IMG/VR virus record: IMGVR_UViG_3300035016_000039 | Location: 1-26,675 of that record | From: a virus | Taxonomy: Duplodnaviria > Caudoviricetes | Reading direction: 5' to 3' (one strand) | DNA length: 26,675 nucleotides | Shown: piece by piece, positions 8,266 to 17,829 of the stretch | Position numbering within the stretch: position 1 is the first letter of the stretch | Layout: each line of letters starts with the position of its first letter | Notes under the pieces: model-generated | What the model saw: only the letters and a program-made list of their open reading frames with translations | Database searches by the model: none | Told to the model about the DNA's origin: nothing | Made by a program: the position numbers and the translations under genes

Positions 8266-9785
8266 TACATCTCTTCGGAGGGAATCGACCCCGGCCCCGC
8301 CTTGCGGGCGATGATCGTCTCGACGTCCTCGACCGGACCGCCGGCAGCGACGGTCAACCCGGCCTGCGGGTCGGCCAGCTTGGCGAGCGCCACACCGTCG
8401 GCGATGTCGCGGGTCCGACGGGACGTTTCCAGTTCCACCTGCTTCAGCTGGTCCCACATCGTCTGCGGCAATGCCGCGCGAGGCTTGAAGCTGCCATGAA
8501 GCAACCTGCGACGAAACGCAGCGTCGGCGGCCTGCGCCGTCCCCACGCCCGTACCGTAATTGCTGATGCCCAGCAGGATGCGCCAACTTTGGGCGATCCG
8601 CAGGGCGTCCCACAGTGAGGCTTCGTAGCGGGCGCGGGCCTTGAGGATCAACTGTTTGACCGGCATCAGCAGGTTGCTGATGGATTCGCCAGACAGGCCG
8701 CTGAGGGCCTTCATGTCGGCCAGGACCATCTCGGGATAGTTCCGCATGAGCTGGCCGATCAACGACAGCCAATACTCGCGGGCCTCGCCCTGCTGTAGCT
8801 GCGGGACGATCGCCTGCAGGAACGGCGTCGGATCGTCCTTCTGTAGCTTGACGTACTTCGCGTAATGGCGGCCCATCATGAAGTTCTTGGGCGGGTCGCC
8901 GGCGCCGGCCGCCAGCCATTCGGGGTAACCGTGGTCGTAGACGCTCCACCCCTGCGCAGTGGCGATGAGGTTGATCCAGTCGATCGTCTGCCACGCGCCG
9001 TAGTGGGCGGGCAGGCCGCGGTCGCTGTCGTCGTCACCGACGTGCATCGCGATGACGATCGGACAGACGCCCAGGCGGTTCACCTGCTCGGCCGGCGTCA
9101 GTCGCTCCACGCCGTCATACTTGAGCGAGAACGACGTTTTCGTCAGTCGTTCCTCAACCTTCACGACCCGGCGTTTCTCGCCCAGTTCACCGTTGAGGAT
9201 CTCATAGGCCAGCAGCACGTCGACCGCGTGCCCGCCCTTGTCGGTGTCGTAATCCTTCAGCCGCCTCGGATGCTCGAATTGGATCGTCACCTTGCGCCGG
9301 GAAGGGTCGACGGCATCGTCGCGGGCGACGACGCGCTGAATGCACGTCCCGAGGTTGGCCAGGTAGTTCTGGTAACGCTCCTTGGCGATGTCCAGTTCCG
9401 AGTCCTGCCAGATCGCGGTAATACCATCGCGTAGCGCGTCGCTCGGCGGTTCGCCCTTGGCGTCGTCGGCCAGTTCGATCTCGTCACCGAACGCGCCGCT
9501 CAGGCACGCTTGATAGGGGTCGACAATCGACTTCGTCGTCACCTGCGCGACGATCTTGGCCGTCTTGTCGTTGTCGTCGGTGCAATCCAGCCCGGTCAGG
9601 TCCTGGTAGATCGCGTCGAGTAACCCGCCCTCTTGTCGCGTCCGGTAGACGCTGCCGTGGTAACGCAACTTCCACTCGGCGTAATGGTTCGCCCACGACT
9701 GCCAATCCCACAGGAACGGCTGGTCGCGGAACCTCGCACCGTTGTGCATCGCCGTCTCGGTGCCGTAGAAGAGTGGGGAAGGCAT
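8265..9785 (-). CDS. Portal protein (probable)
   Basis: 506 aa immediately after terL; NRLGVCPIV and LSGESI...L motifs are reminiscent of SPP1-type portals. Confidence 0.75.
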   Translation of the reverse strand: MPSPLFYGTETAMHNGARFRDQPFLWDWQSWANHYAEWKLRYHGSVYRTRQEGGLLDAIYQDLTGLDCTDDNDKTAKIVAQVTTKSIVDPYQACLSGAFGDEIELADDAKGEPPSDALRDGITAIWQDSELDIAKERYQNYLANLGTCIQRVVARDDAVDPSRRKVTIQFEHPRRLKDYDTDKGGHAVDVLLAYEILNGELGEKRRVVKVEERLTKTSFSLKYDGVERLTPAEQVNRLGVCPIVIAMHVGDDDSDRGLPAHYGAWQTIDWINLIATAQGWSVYDHGYPEWLAAGAGDPPKNFMMGRHYAKYVKLQKDDPTPFLQAIVPQLQQGEAREYWLSLIGQLMRNYPEMVLADMKALSGLSGESISNLLMPVKQLILKARARYEASLWDALRIAQSWRILLGISNYGTGVGTAQAADAAFRRRLLHGSFKPRAALPQTMWDQLKQVELETSRRTRDIADGVALAKLADPQAGLTVAAGGPVEDVETIIARKAGPGSIPSEEM

Positions 9786-9794
9786 TGGATCGGG

Positions 9795-11366
9795 TTAACG
9801 GCGGTGGCCGGCGGCTGCGAAGGGGTCGTGCGGGATTGATCGGCCACGGACGGACTTGAAGGCGTCGAGGTCCCAGGGCTTGCTTTCGTCGGTGAGGAAC
9901 GCATACGCACCGCTCGCCCCGTCCCCTTGATCGTCGTGCGGCCCCAGCGGGAACGCGATCAACTCTTCAATGAAGTCTTCGTTCCATGCGGCGCTTTGCA
10001 CGAGGAACACGTCGCCACGCTCGCACGCGGCGTTGAACGGGCCCGACCGCGTCAATTTAGAGTTACGGGGAATTCCGGTGAACCGGGCGTCGAAGCCGTC
10101 CAACATCCGCTCAAAGTGCGACTTGACGATCTTTCCGGACGCAGCCCCTTCCTGTTCGATGCGAATGGCCACGTCGCGGCCATCGGTCATCGCGTATTGC
10201 TTGATGCGATCTTCGACCACCTTCGCTGAGACGCGGGCGCGATGAACGTGAAGGATGTAATAACGGCCATCGGCCGTCCGCCCCATCTTCACGCCTGCGA
10301 GCCAGTCGGGGTCGTCGTTGCCATTCTCGCCCTCGGCGGTAGCGGCCAAGTCCCAGCAGCGGACAACCTTCGTCAGCTGCGGGACGCGATCAGCCTCGAT
10401 GACCTTGAACCACTCACGCTTGAAGTAGCCGCCCTCGGGGTCGGTCGGGCGCTGCTGGAAGAGCGCAGACCACGTACGCCCTTGCTTGCGGAACGTCTCG
10501 AAGTGGTCGGCGGTAAACCATTCCTTCCACAAGCGTTCACCAATGGATCGGCCCAGCGGGTCGTCAGCGCGCTCGGCGATGGCCGGTAGACAGATGACGT
10601 GCCACACCTTGCCGTCGCGGCACCCGATCGGCCCCGACTCGCCCGCCCATCGCTCGGGCAGGATGCGCCCGGCCAAATCCTTCTTGTTCCATCGCGTCTG
10701 GACGATGATCTCGAATCCGCCGGGAATCAGGCGGGTCCGCAGATCGTCCTGATAAGCCTCAAGCGTCTTCTTTTGGATCGTCTCGCTGTCGGCTTCCTCT
10801 CGCCCCGCTACCGGGTCGTCGATGATGATGCCGTGCCCGCGGTTGCCGGTCAGACCGGACAGGATGCCGCCGGCCATGAACTCCGATCCGTTCGACAGCG
10901 ACCATTGGTCCGCGGCGCTCGACTCATCGCTGATCGTAGCGCCGAAGATCGGGACATAGCCGGGGGAGCGGACGATCTGCCGGGCCCTGCGGCCCTGCTT
11001 TCGGGCGATGTCGCTGGCGTAGGATGCTAGGATGATCTTGGAGCCAGGCCGCCAACCCATGTACCACGCGGGGAAGACGACGCTGGTATACGTGCTCTTA
11101 GCCGAGCCGGGCGGCATGAACACCATCAGCCGCTGAATCTCACCACGGGCCACCTTTTCCAGATGGTCCAGTAGCAGCAGGTGATGGGCGGCTAACGTCG
11201 TCTCAACCGGCTCGAACAGCCAACCCGTCGGGTCTTCCTCGGCGGGCTTGCCGGGAATGTTGACGGCGTTAGCGAACCCGGTCAGAGACGCCCGCGCCCG
11301 CCGGCGCCTCAGCAGTTCCCGCGCTGCTTCTTGTGGCGATACGGATAAGGTCGTCGTCGCTGGCAC
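9795..11366 (-). CDS. terL: Terminase large subunit
   Basis: RLMVFMPPGSAKS (Walker A), LTGNRG.GIIIDDP (Walker B), IVQTRW..DLAG, CWDLA and FP.G.HDDQ.D nuclease motifs. Confidence 0.95.
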   Translation of the reverse strand: MPATTTLSVSPQEAARELLRRRRARASLTGFANAVNIPGKPAEEDPTGWLFEPVETTLAAHHLLLLDHLEKVARGEIQRLMVFMPPGSAKSTYTSVVFPAWYMGWRPGSKIILASYASDIARKQGRRARQIVRSPGYVPIFGATISDESSAADQWSLSNGSEFMAGGILSGLTGNRGHGIIIDDPVAGREEADSETIQKKTLEAYQDDLRTRLIPGGFEIIVQTRWNKKDLAGRILPERWAGESGPIGCRDGKVWHVICLPAIAERADDPLGRSIGERLWKEWFTADHFETFRKQGRTWSALFQQRPTDPEGGYFKREWFKVIEADRVPQLTKVVRCWDLAATAEGENGNDDPDWLAGVKMGRTADGRYYILHVHRARVSAKVVEDRIKQYAMTDGRDVAIRIEQEGAASGKIVKSHFERMLDGFDARFTGIPRNSKLTRSGPFNAACERGDVFLVQSAAWNEDFIEELIAFPLGPHDDQGDGASGAYAFLTDESKPWDLDAFKSVRGRSIPHDPFAAAGHRR

Positions 11367-11967
11367 GGTTCACGGTGACGGTTACAGTGGGGCTGCCCGG
11401 CTCTTGCACAATGCCCAGTATGCGGGCCAGCAGTTGCAGGTACGGGGCGGGGTTGTGCGTCTCGATCTGGCGTTCGATGACCGTCACCTCGCCGCCCTGC
11501 TCGATCCCCCTCTGCTTGTACTTTCGGATCTGGACGAACGCCCCCATCCGCTCGGCCTGGCGCCAGTCGATGACGGGCTGTCCCTCAGCATCCAGCGTGA
11601 GGAACGAACCCATATTCGACGCGGCAAGAGCGGCGGTCATCTCTCGCACCCAATCGGGACTGAGATTGGCGCGGGCCAGGCGACGCCCTATCGCTTCCCT
11701 AACCTTGACAAAACTCAACGTACGGGAGGCGGTCGATTCGAGGTTCCGGCGGTTGTCCGCGGCATAGCCAGCCATCTCGGCGGCCTTGGTGGCGTTACCG
11801 CCAGCGGGGCCAATGATGGCGTCTACGAACAGGCGTTGCTTGACGGTTAGGCCCTCATCGTCCCACGCGCCGTCGTCGACTTCCGGCCTCGCCTCAACAT
11901 CCGGCAGCACGTACGGCTTGACTTCCGTGGCCTGTACGAGCTTCTTGGTTGTTCGCTTACCGGCCAC
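11269..11967 (-). CDS. terS: Terminase small subunit
   Basis: LTVKQRLFVDAII...GNATKAAEMAGY...ASRTL..VKVREAI is the classic TerS N-terminal HTH; 3' end overlaps the terL start by 98 bp. Confidence 0.9.
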   Translation of the reverse strand: MAGKRTTKKLVQATEVKPYVLPDVEARPEVDDGAWDDEGLTVKQRLFVDAIIGPAGGNATKAAEMAGYAADNRRNLESTASRTLSFVKVREAIGRRLARANLSPDWVREMTAALAASNMGSFLTLDAEGQPVIDWRQAERMGAFVQIRKYKQRGIEQGGEVTVIERQIETHNPAPYLQLLARILGIVQEPGSPTVTVTVNRASDDDLIRIATRSSAGTAEAPAGAGVSDRVR

Positions 11968-11998
11968 GTCTTCACATCACTTCCAGGGGGTCGAGGGG

Positions 11999-12229
11999 TC
12001 AGGCGACGGCTTCGAGGCGATGGGTACGCACCCGGCCACGGGGGCAATGCCGCTGGCGTTCCAACCGTGGATACTTCGACACGGCGGCGTGCCAGTGTTG
12101 GCGGACGGTTGATTCGTCCTTCTCCATCACGGTGGCCACCTGACGGAACGACGCGCGCTCATGGACGACCAGCAATGCCACGCGGGCCTGTAGCTGCGTT
12201 AATCCCGTCTTCATGAGCACGCGAACCAT
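11999..12229 (-). CDS. Sigma70 region-4-like HTH protein (candidate late-gene regulator)
   Basis: LTQLQARVALLVVHERASFRQVATVMEKDESTVRQHWHAAVSK matches the sigma region-4 HTH pattern; directly upstream of terS. Confidence 0.7.
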   Translation of the reverse strand: MVRVLMKTGLTQLQARVALLVVHERASFRQVATVMEKDESTVRQHWHAAVSKYPRLERQRHCPRGRVRTHRLEAVA

Positions 12230-12253
12230 CTACCAGAGGGACGGGTGCGGGGT

Positions 12254-12282
12254 ATCGTTTGGCGTAAGTACAGCAACCGCAA
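12254..12282 (-). promoter_or_regulatory. Possible late promoter TTGCGG-17-AACGAT
   Basis: Partial hexamer matches with 17-nt spacing in the intergenic gap before the HTH/terS genes. Confidence 0.3.
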
Positions 12283-12310
12283 GGGGTAGAAAAATTGAAT
12301 TGGTACACAA

Positions 12311-12682
12311 CTACGGACACATCATGCCCCACCGGTGGCCGGTAGAGTCAATGTCGCGGCGACGCTTGCCCCGCAACCGGGCGATTCGACGATTGAGACG
12401 ACGGCGGCGAACGGCAGACATGAGCCCCCACGGGCGGTACTGATTCTGGTACGCGTCGGCTATGTGCCTCAACGGGTATCCGCTGGTGCGACTGAGCAAG
12501 TGAACGTTGTTCAATTCGAGGTATGGCCGGGGCGTGCAGAATGTCCTCATCAACATTTCCCGCGCCCGCGCGAACTCAATACCCGGCACCAACGGCGACA
12601 GCTTCAGCGTCGGGCAACTCGCCGTCGCCTTCATGTAGAGGGTACTATTCAGCCCAAAATCTATCCGAGGCTTTCCGCTCAT
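12311..12682 (-). CDS. Basic hypothetical protein (MSGKPRIDFG...)
   Basis: 123 aa; ATGA overlap with the stop of 12679..13167; GAGGTG upstream. Confidence 0.5.
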   Translation of the reverse strand: MSGKPRIDFGLNSTLYMKATASCPTLKLSPLVPGIEFARAREMLMRTFCTPRPYLELNNVHLLSRTSGYPLRHIADAYQNQYRPWGLMSAVRRRRLNRRIARLRGKRRRDIDSTGHRWGMMCP

Positions 12683-13167
12683 CCCATCACCTCTTTCCGT
12701 TCTCCGCGTCCCCAATTCCTTACCTCTTCCACGTCGCTGACCGCCCTGCCCAGAACCTCTTTCGGGTCGATCCGCTCGTCCACCTGATCGCCCGTCCGCA
12801 GCACGCTGGCCCGGCGCAGGTCCGCAAGCGAATCCCGCTGCTTGTCGCTCAGGGCGGCCCACCACGGCCAGACGCCGACGAACTCGCGCCGTAGCACGTC
12901 CCAGCCGCACCGGCGGGCCTGCCAGTAGGCGTAGTGGTCGAACATCTCGGGCGGTGCCGGCGGCCAGTTGTAGTCCCACGCGATGCCGAGGAACGCGGCG
13001 TAGGGCGGGCGCCACATGCGTTTGGTCATCCGGGCGACGACCAGCCGCTCGTGGCGCTGTCGCTCCTCCCGGGTGGCCTGCTGGCGTTCGGCGGCCTCCC
13101 GATCCTTGCGCAGCTTCTCCAGGCGGCGGATGTCTTTTCGGTTGGCGACGGCTAAGGGGCTTGCCAT
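12679..13167 (-). CDS. Hypothetical protein
   Basis: 162 aa with charged N-terminal helix and Trp-rich core; has its own promoter. Confidence 0.65.
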   Translation of the reverse strand: MASPLAVANRKDIRRLEKLRKDREAAERQQATREERQRHERLVVARMTKRMWRPPYAAFLGIAWDYNWPPAPPEMFDHYAYWQARRCGWDVLRREFVGVWPWWAALSDKQRDSLADLRRASVLRTGDQVDERIDPKEVLGRAVSDVEEVRNWGRGERKEVMG

Positions 13168-13173
13168 GCTTCA

Positions 13174-13201
13174 ATTCTACGCTATATCTGGGGCGATTCA
13201 A
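13174..13201 (-). promoter_or_regulatory. Sigma70-type leaderless promoter TTGAAT-16-TAGAAT
   Basis: Minus strand reads TTGAAT cgccccagatatagcg TAGAAT tgaagc ATG; no SD. Confidence 0.65.
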
Positions 13202-13279
13202 TTAAAAACCACTAGGGGTGGGGGTTAGGCGGCCTTTTCCTGCCCGTCGTCGCGCGAGTGGTAGACGGATGGGCGGATT

Positions 13280-13497
13280 TAATCTGGGTAGTATGAACGA
13301 AATCATCGACCGTAAGCATGGTAACCACAGAGAGATATAACAATGTATATTTAATATATACTCATATTACTTATTCTCTTTCTATCTTTCTCTCCCTGAA
13401 AACGAGGACACCTACAGACTCTCTGTAAGAGACTCTATAGGTGAGTAGTATTTAATTAATCGGAAAAAGGGAAACGACCCCTATGAGTATATATTAA
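13280..13497. other. AT-rich non-coding region with inverted repeats; putative replication origin
   Basis: Sharply AT-rich; perfect 16-bp inverted repeat at 13351-13366/13482-13497; imperfect hairpin at 13409-13443; immediately downstream of the Prim-Pol/helicase gene. Confidence 0.6.
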
Positions 13498-15657
13498 TTA
13501 CGCGGCCACATAAACCGTTGCTGGTGCGCCCCTTGCGGCCTTTTTCTGCGTCTTAATGATTCTAGCATTAATTACTAGCTCGTTCAGAGCTTCGGTCCGT
13601 ACGCGGGGCTGCATACCTTGGGTGAGCCGGGACAGCTGCGTGGTGGTGACCCCATCGGCGCCGCCGGTCCGAATTGCTTTCAGTACGCGATTGATCTCGC
13701 GTCCGAACTCTGACGACGAAACGTTATCTTGAACGGAAATGACGAGTTGGGTGACGAGGTGTTCGACCAGGGCAACGGCGTACGCTGCCACGTCGGCCGT
13801 GACGCGCGGGGAGGTGTACTCAATGCCGCAGGCCAGGATGAGTGCGACCTTGCGAGCATGTTCGACGGCCCGTGACCAAAGGGCGTCCAGAGAACTCGAG
13901 CGATGGGCAGCTTTTTGGTCCCGGCATCGAACGACGAATCGACGGAACTCCGCTTCTGCGTCCGGTTCAAAAGGGACCAGGATGGGATGCGTGCGAATAA
14001 CGGCGTCGATATTGCCAGTGTCAGGCGGTGCCGGCAGCCGTCGGACGTGCCATGCTTTTACCATCGCGAGGATTTCGGAGGGAACGGCCCCGGAAACAAC
14101 GTCGTCATGTTCCTTCGGATCCGGGTCATCCGACTCGAAGATGATCATGCGGCCCAGAAAGCCGTCAGCGATCTCGTCGGGGGAGAGTCCGTCGTACAGT
14201 CGCCCTGGGACGGTTGTTCCATACAGGCACACGTTCGGCTGGTCGACCTTCTTTCGCTCGTTGTTCTTTCGGTCCGCGAAGTCTTTGCCCAGCAGGACGG
14301 TGTTAGCGGAAGAGAACATCTTGGTGAGCAGGACCGGAATGGCGCGCTGGTAGTTCTGAGCGTACTTACTCATGGTCGCGCGGATCATGTGACCGATCTC
14401 GTCCAGCTGAAAAAGAACGGTGGGCTGTGCGTGAACGGTGGAGAACAGCGCAGAATCGGACGCGATGTCCTCGCCGCCAAGGATGGCGTCGACGATGCCG
14501 GCTTCAGCACAGATTTTCTTGATGCACTTTCGCGAATGATCTTTACCCGAGCCCGAAGCCCCTACGCCCAGGCAGTAGATGTTCGTTCTCAGATCCTGAG
14601 CCGTCGCCACCTTTCGGCCCAGCATGGTGCCAAAGAACGCGAGGCTGTTGGCTAAAGCGAATACAGGTTGCGGCTTGTACGCCGTCGCGTTGATCCAGCG
14701 GCAAAGTTCGCCGACAAAACCTGGGGGGTTAAGCAGGTCGGCAGGGAAAGGGGAACGATTCGGGAGCGTGGCCGACGGTTCTATCTCCGGCTCGCTCACG
14801 TACACCACGGCGCCGGGGTTCTTCGTAAGGTGCGTGCGGGCAACGCTCGCCGCCGTGCGGGCGAGTTCGGCAGCGGACAGCGGAGCAGGGTTGTTCTCGT
14901 TCCATCCGTTCAGTTTACGCATGACCTCATGGAGGCTATCACCGGCGGTGATGAACTGCCCGGCCAATGACGCGGCGGCGGTATTGCGTCCGCCAATAGC
15001 AACGGGGGAGCCGTCGGCTTTAACGGGGCCGGCCGTGAAGGCCAGATTGCCTGCCGCCAGCTGACCGATCTTAAGTGAACCGGGGCAAAGCCAGTCCGGA
15101 AGATCGGCCAGCGGCACGTCATCGGGGTGGGACGAGCTTTCCCATTCGTAATGGTTCCCGCTCATGTGCCGACTGGGCGGCGCCACGATGTAACCCCCTT
15201 CCCCGCGGGCATCGATGCCCGGAGCGATCGCGTTGTTCGAGTTGCGAAAGCCGGGGATGTAGTTGAAAAGCAGGTGACGCCCCAAACCGCCGGTTTGTGA
15301 TTCGGGGGTGTGAGGGAGAAGGCCGTGAGACGTTTCTAACTCGTCCAGGCTCGCGTCGCCGCCATGACGCGGGTCCACGTCGATCACGATAAAGGACAGG
15401 CCGGTTCGAAGCCCGATGTTGGCGTCCGGCCATCGCGTCCACCATGCGGTGATCTGCGCGGCGTCCGTCGTCGCGTCAGACAATCCGTTCTTCGTGCGCG
15501 GGTGCTTGGCTGGACTGCTGCACTCGCCCTCTTTCTTCCCCTCTGGCCGCCCGCAGCTGCAGCGCAGCTCGCCCGCCTCCCCCACGGGGTTATGCAGTGG
15601 GAAGACGAGCCAGCCGCGAGCGGTGTAGGCTAGTGCGTGTTCAAGCAAAGATCGCAT
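13498..15657 (-). CDS. Bifunctional primase/polymerase (Prim-Pol) + PriCT + DUF3987-type helicase
   Basis: ALAY..RGWLVFPL, KHP...NGL.DATTD, NIGLRTG..VIDVDPRHGG, TGG.GRH, GIDARGEGGYIVAPPS.H.SG (Prim-Pol); GGRN...ASLAG (PriCT); GASGSGKD, LDEIG, DGFLGR (P-loop domain). Confidence 0.93.
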   Translation of the reverse strand: MRSLLEHALAYTARGWLVFPLHNPVGEAGELRCSCGRPEGKKEGECSSPAKHPRTKNGLSDATTDAAQITAWWTRWPDANIGLRTGLSFIVIDVDPRHGGDASLDELETSHGLLPHTPESQTGGLGRHLLFNYIPGFRNSNNAIAPGIDARGEGGYIVAPPSRHMSGNHYEWESSSHPDDVPLADLPDWLCPGSLKIGQLAAGNLAFTAGPVKADGSPVAIGGRNTAAASLAGQFITAGDSLHEVMRKLNGWNENNPAPLSAAELARTAASVARTHLTKNPGAVVYVSEPEIEPSATLPNRSPFPADLLNPPGFVGELCRWINATAYKPQPVFALANSLAFFGTMLGRKVATAQDLRTNIYCLGVGASGSGKDHSRKCIKKICAEAGIVDAILGGEDIASDSALFSTVHAQPTVLFQLDEIGHMIRATMSKYAQNYQRAIPVLLTKMFSSANTVLLGKDFADRKNNERKKVDQPNVCLYGTTVPGRLYDGLSPDEIADGFLGRMIIFESDDPDPKEHDDVVSGAVPSEILAMVKAWHVRRLPAPPDTGNIDAVIRTHPILVPFEPDAEAEFRRFVVRCRDQKAAHRSSSLDALWSRAVEHARKVALILACGIEYTSPRVTADVAAYAVALVEHLVTQLVISVQDNVSSSEFGREINRVLKAIRTGGADGVTTTQLSRLTQGMQPRVRTEALNELVINARIIKTQKKAARGAPATVYVAA

Positions 15658-17263
15658 GCGGTTTATCCGTTCTGAGGGTGATCGAAGTAATCTCCGGGTA
15701 CTTTGTCACCTGCCGAACCATGATTGATTCGGTCAGGTCAGTCAGCCGGTGGGCCAGGAACAATGAGCCCATGGCGTCGGCTACCGTGGCTGGCACCGGC
15801 TGACCGAACCGGCGTACCCACCACTGGTGGGCCTTTGTTTTGGCGTAACCATCGTGTTCCAAGCAGATGTATTCGCGGTAACGCTCGATCGGAGTGGGGC
15901 CGTAGTAGGTAACCCGCAGTGAATCGGGCTTGCCCGGCTTCGAATGCACGTCAACGATCACGCGAGCGACATGCACCCTGAAGGATTCCGAGGATCGCAG
16001 GATTGACGCGGAGTCGGCGTGCGCATCATGCTGGCCCTCACGTGGGGGGAACTGATGATGGCACGCGGGGCATTCAACGGCGGCCGCGTGAATGATCTCC
16101 TGGCATTCAGGGCATTCTTTCGTGGGGGCTGGTGCAGACGGCTTGCCCTCGCAGACGCTCGATTCTCTCATCCGGATCGCGTCGATCGGGCCGTGTCGAC
16201 GAACGTTGCCACCGAAGTCGAGAACGAGGCAGTCAGTTTTGCCGGGATGCAGCCGGAATCCTCGGCCAGCCATCTGCACGAACAGCGACGTGCTCTTCGT
16301 GGGCCGTAACATCGCGATTAAGTCGATGCGAGTGACGTCGAGCCCGGTCGTAAGGCAGTTCACGTTGCAGACGGCTCGAACGGTGCCGGCATCGAGCGCG
16401 GTGATGATTTGATCGCGTTCTCCAGGGTTGGTGTCCCCCGTGACGACGGGTGCCGTGATTCTGTACGAGGCAAGTTCCCGGCTGACGTTCTCGGCATGGG
16501 TCACCGAGCAGCAGAAGATCAACCAAGACCCGCGATCGGCCCCACGCGAGACGATCTCGCGAACGGCACCACGGACCATGTCGTCCGTGTTTGCTCGAGC
16601 CTCTAGGTCCGACACGATGAAGTCGCCGTTCGCAGTGCCCACGCCGACGGTATCGATGGCAGAAGAGGTGCCTTTCGAGCGAAGAGGCGACAGGTACCCC
16701 GCCTTGATGAGCCTCGCGATGTCGGCCTCGTAGCACACCTCATGCAAGATTTTACCCGGTCCGGTAATGAAGCCCCCGGACAATCGGAACGGCGTGGCCG
16801 TGAACCCGATCACGATCAGGTTCGGGTTCATCTTTTTGCAATCGTTGATGAATCGGCGATACATGCCCTCCCCTGTCGTGGGGATCAGGTGAGCCTCGTC
16901 GATGATCAGAATGTCGAACGGGAAAAGATCGAAGGCCCGTCGATAGATCGACTGGATGGCGGCGATCGTGATCGGTGCCGATTCGCGACGGCGCAGCCCG
17001 GCCGAATAGATGCCGACCGGCGCCGCGGGCCAGACCTGCAGTAGCTTTCGTTCCGCTTGGGAAAGAAGTTCCTTAACGTGCGCCAATATCCCGACCCGCG
17101 GGGCCGGCCACTGTGGGTGGTTGAACCAGTCGTAAATCAACGACGCAAATACAACGGTTTTCCCGCCAGCCGTCGGGATGACGACGAGCGGGTTTGTGTG
17201 CTTCTCCGCGACGTGACGATTCACGGCGTGACGAGCTTCTAACTGGTAGTCCCGAAGGATCAT
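15641..17263 (-). CDS. SF2 DEAD/DEAH helicase (RadD/YejH-like) with C4 zinc ribbon
   Basis: Start MILRDYQ at an ATGA overlap; PTAGGKT, IIDEAH, GFTATP, LTTGLD, QMAGRG.R, and CPEC...CPAC. Confidence 0.93.
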   Translation of the reverse strand: MILRDYQLEARHAVNRHVAEKHTNPLVVIPTAGGKTVVFASLIYDWFNHPQWPAPRVGILAHVKELLSQAERKLLQVWPAAPVGIYSAGLRRRESAPITIAAIQSIYRRAFDLFPFDILIIDEAHLIPTTGEGMYRRFINDCKKMNPNLIVIGFTATPFRLSGGFITGPGKILHEVCYEADIARLIKAGYLSPLRSKGTSSAIDTVGVGTANGDFIVSDLEARANTDDMVRGAVREIVSRGADRGSWLIFCCSVTHAENVSRELASYRITAPVVTGDTNPGERDQIITALDAGTVRAVCNVNCLTTGLDVTRIDLIAMLRPTKSTSLFVQMAGRGFRLHPGKTDCLVLDFGGNVRRHGPIDAIRMRESSVCEGKPSAPAPTKECPECQEIIHAAAVECPACHHQFPPREGQHDAHADSASILRSSESFRVHVARVIVDVHSKPGKPDSLRVTYYGPTPIERYREYICLEHDGYAKTKAHQWWVRRFGQPVPATVADAMGSLFLAHRLTDLTESIMVRQVTKYPEITSITLRTDKPHAIFA

Positions 17264-17829
17264 ACTTCGTTCATCCTCGCGACGGTGGCCATGCGATCCT
17301 GTCGTTCGGACCACTCGTTAAATCGTTCGCCGATGCGGACGTGAAGGATCTTCGACGCGGCCAGCTGCGACATGTCAGCGTCAGTCAGGTCGAACGCCGT
17401 TGCCAGCATGAACGCTGGCCGGCCGTACCCCTGCCAGTACTCGCGGTACAAATTGACTTGTCGAAGCATGGCGCCAACGGAGGTCGCCCGGGACTTCACT
17501 TCGATGATCAGTTCTTGGTCGAACGAGCCGGAAGATGACTGAAAGAAAATCTTGTACAGCACGTCGAGAAAACCGATGGTCTGCTTGTAGCTGCCCTGTC
17601 CTTTTGTGAGTGGCACTTCGGTCGCGCGAGCCACGGAGCGGACCGTGACTGGCGCGTGAGCGGGAATCATTGCAGCGACCTGCGTGGCGACGTCCGGCGT
17701 CATCAGGTACTGGCAAATCCGATCGTGCAGCCCGTCGGCCTTGTCGGGGTCGGCGAACCCAAGATTGGCGATCAGTGTCCTATCCGTCGCTCGCACGGTT
17801 CCTCCTTGAAAAGCAGATATGTTGCTCAC
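17260..17829 (-). CDS. PD-(D/E)XK nuclease-fold protein
   Basis: EVPL...GFLDVL...IIEVKS...RQVNLY motif order; 4-bp overlaps on both sides. Confidence 0.7.
   Translation of the reverse strand: MSNISAFQGGTVRATDRTLIANLGFADPDKADGLHDRICQYLMTPDVATQVAAMIPAHAPVTVRSVARATEVPLTKGQGSYKQTIGFLDVLYKIFFQSSSGSFDQELIIEVKSRATSVGAMLRQVNLYREYWQGYGRPAFMLATAFDLTDADMSQLAASKILHVRIGERFNEWSERQDRMATVARMNEV

Noticed and set aside
8266-8994. N-terminal extension making a 520-aa ORF (7432..8994)
   Set aside because: Arg/Gly-rich off-frame read inside the portal gene; the coupled start at 8265 fits better.
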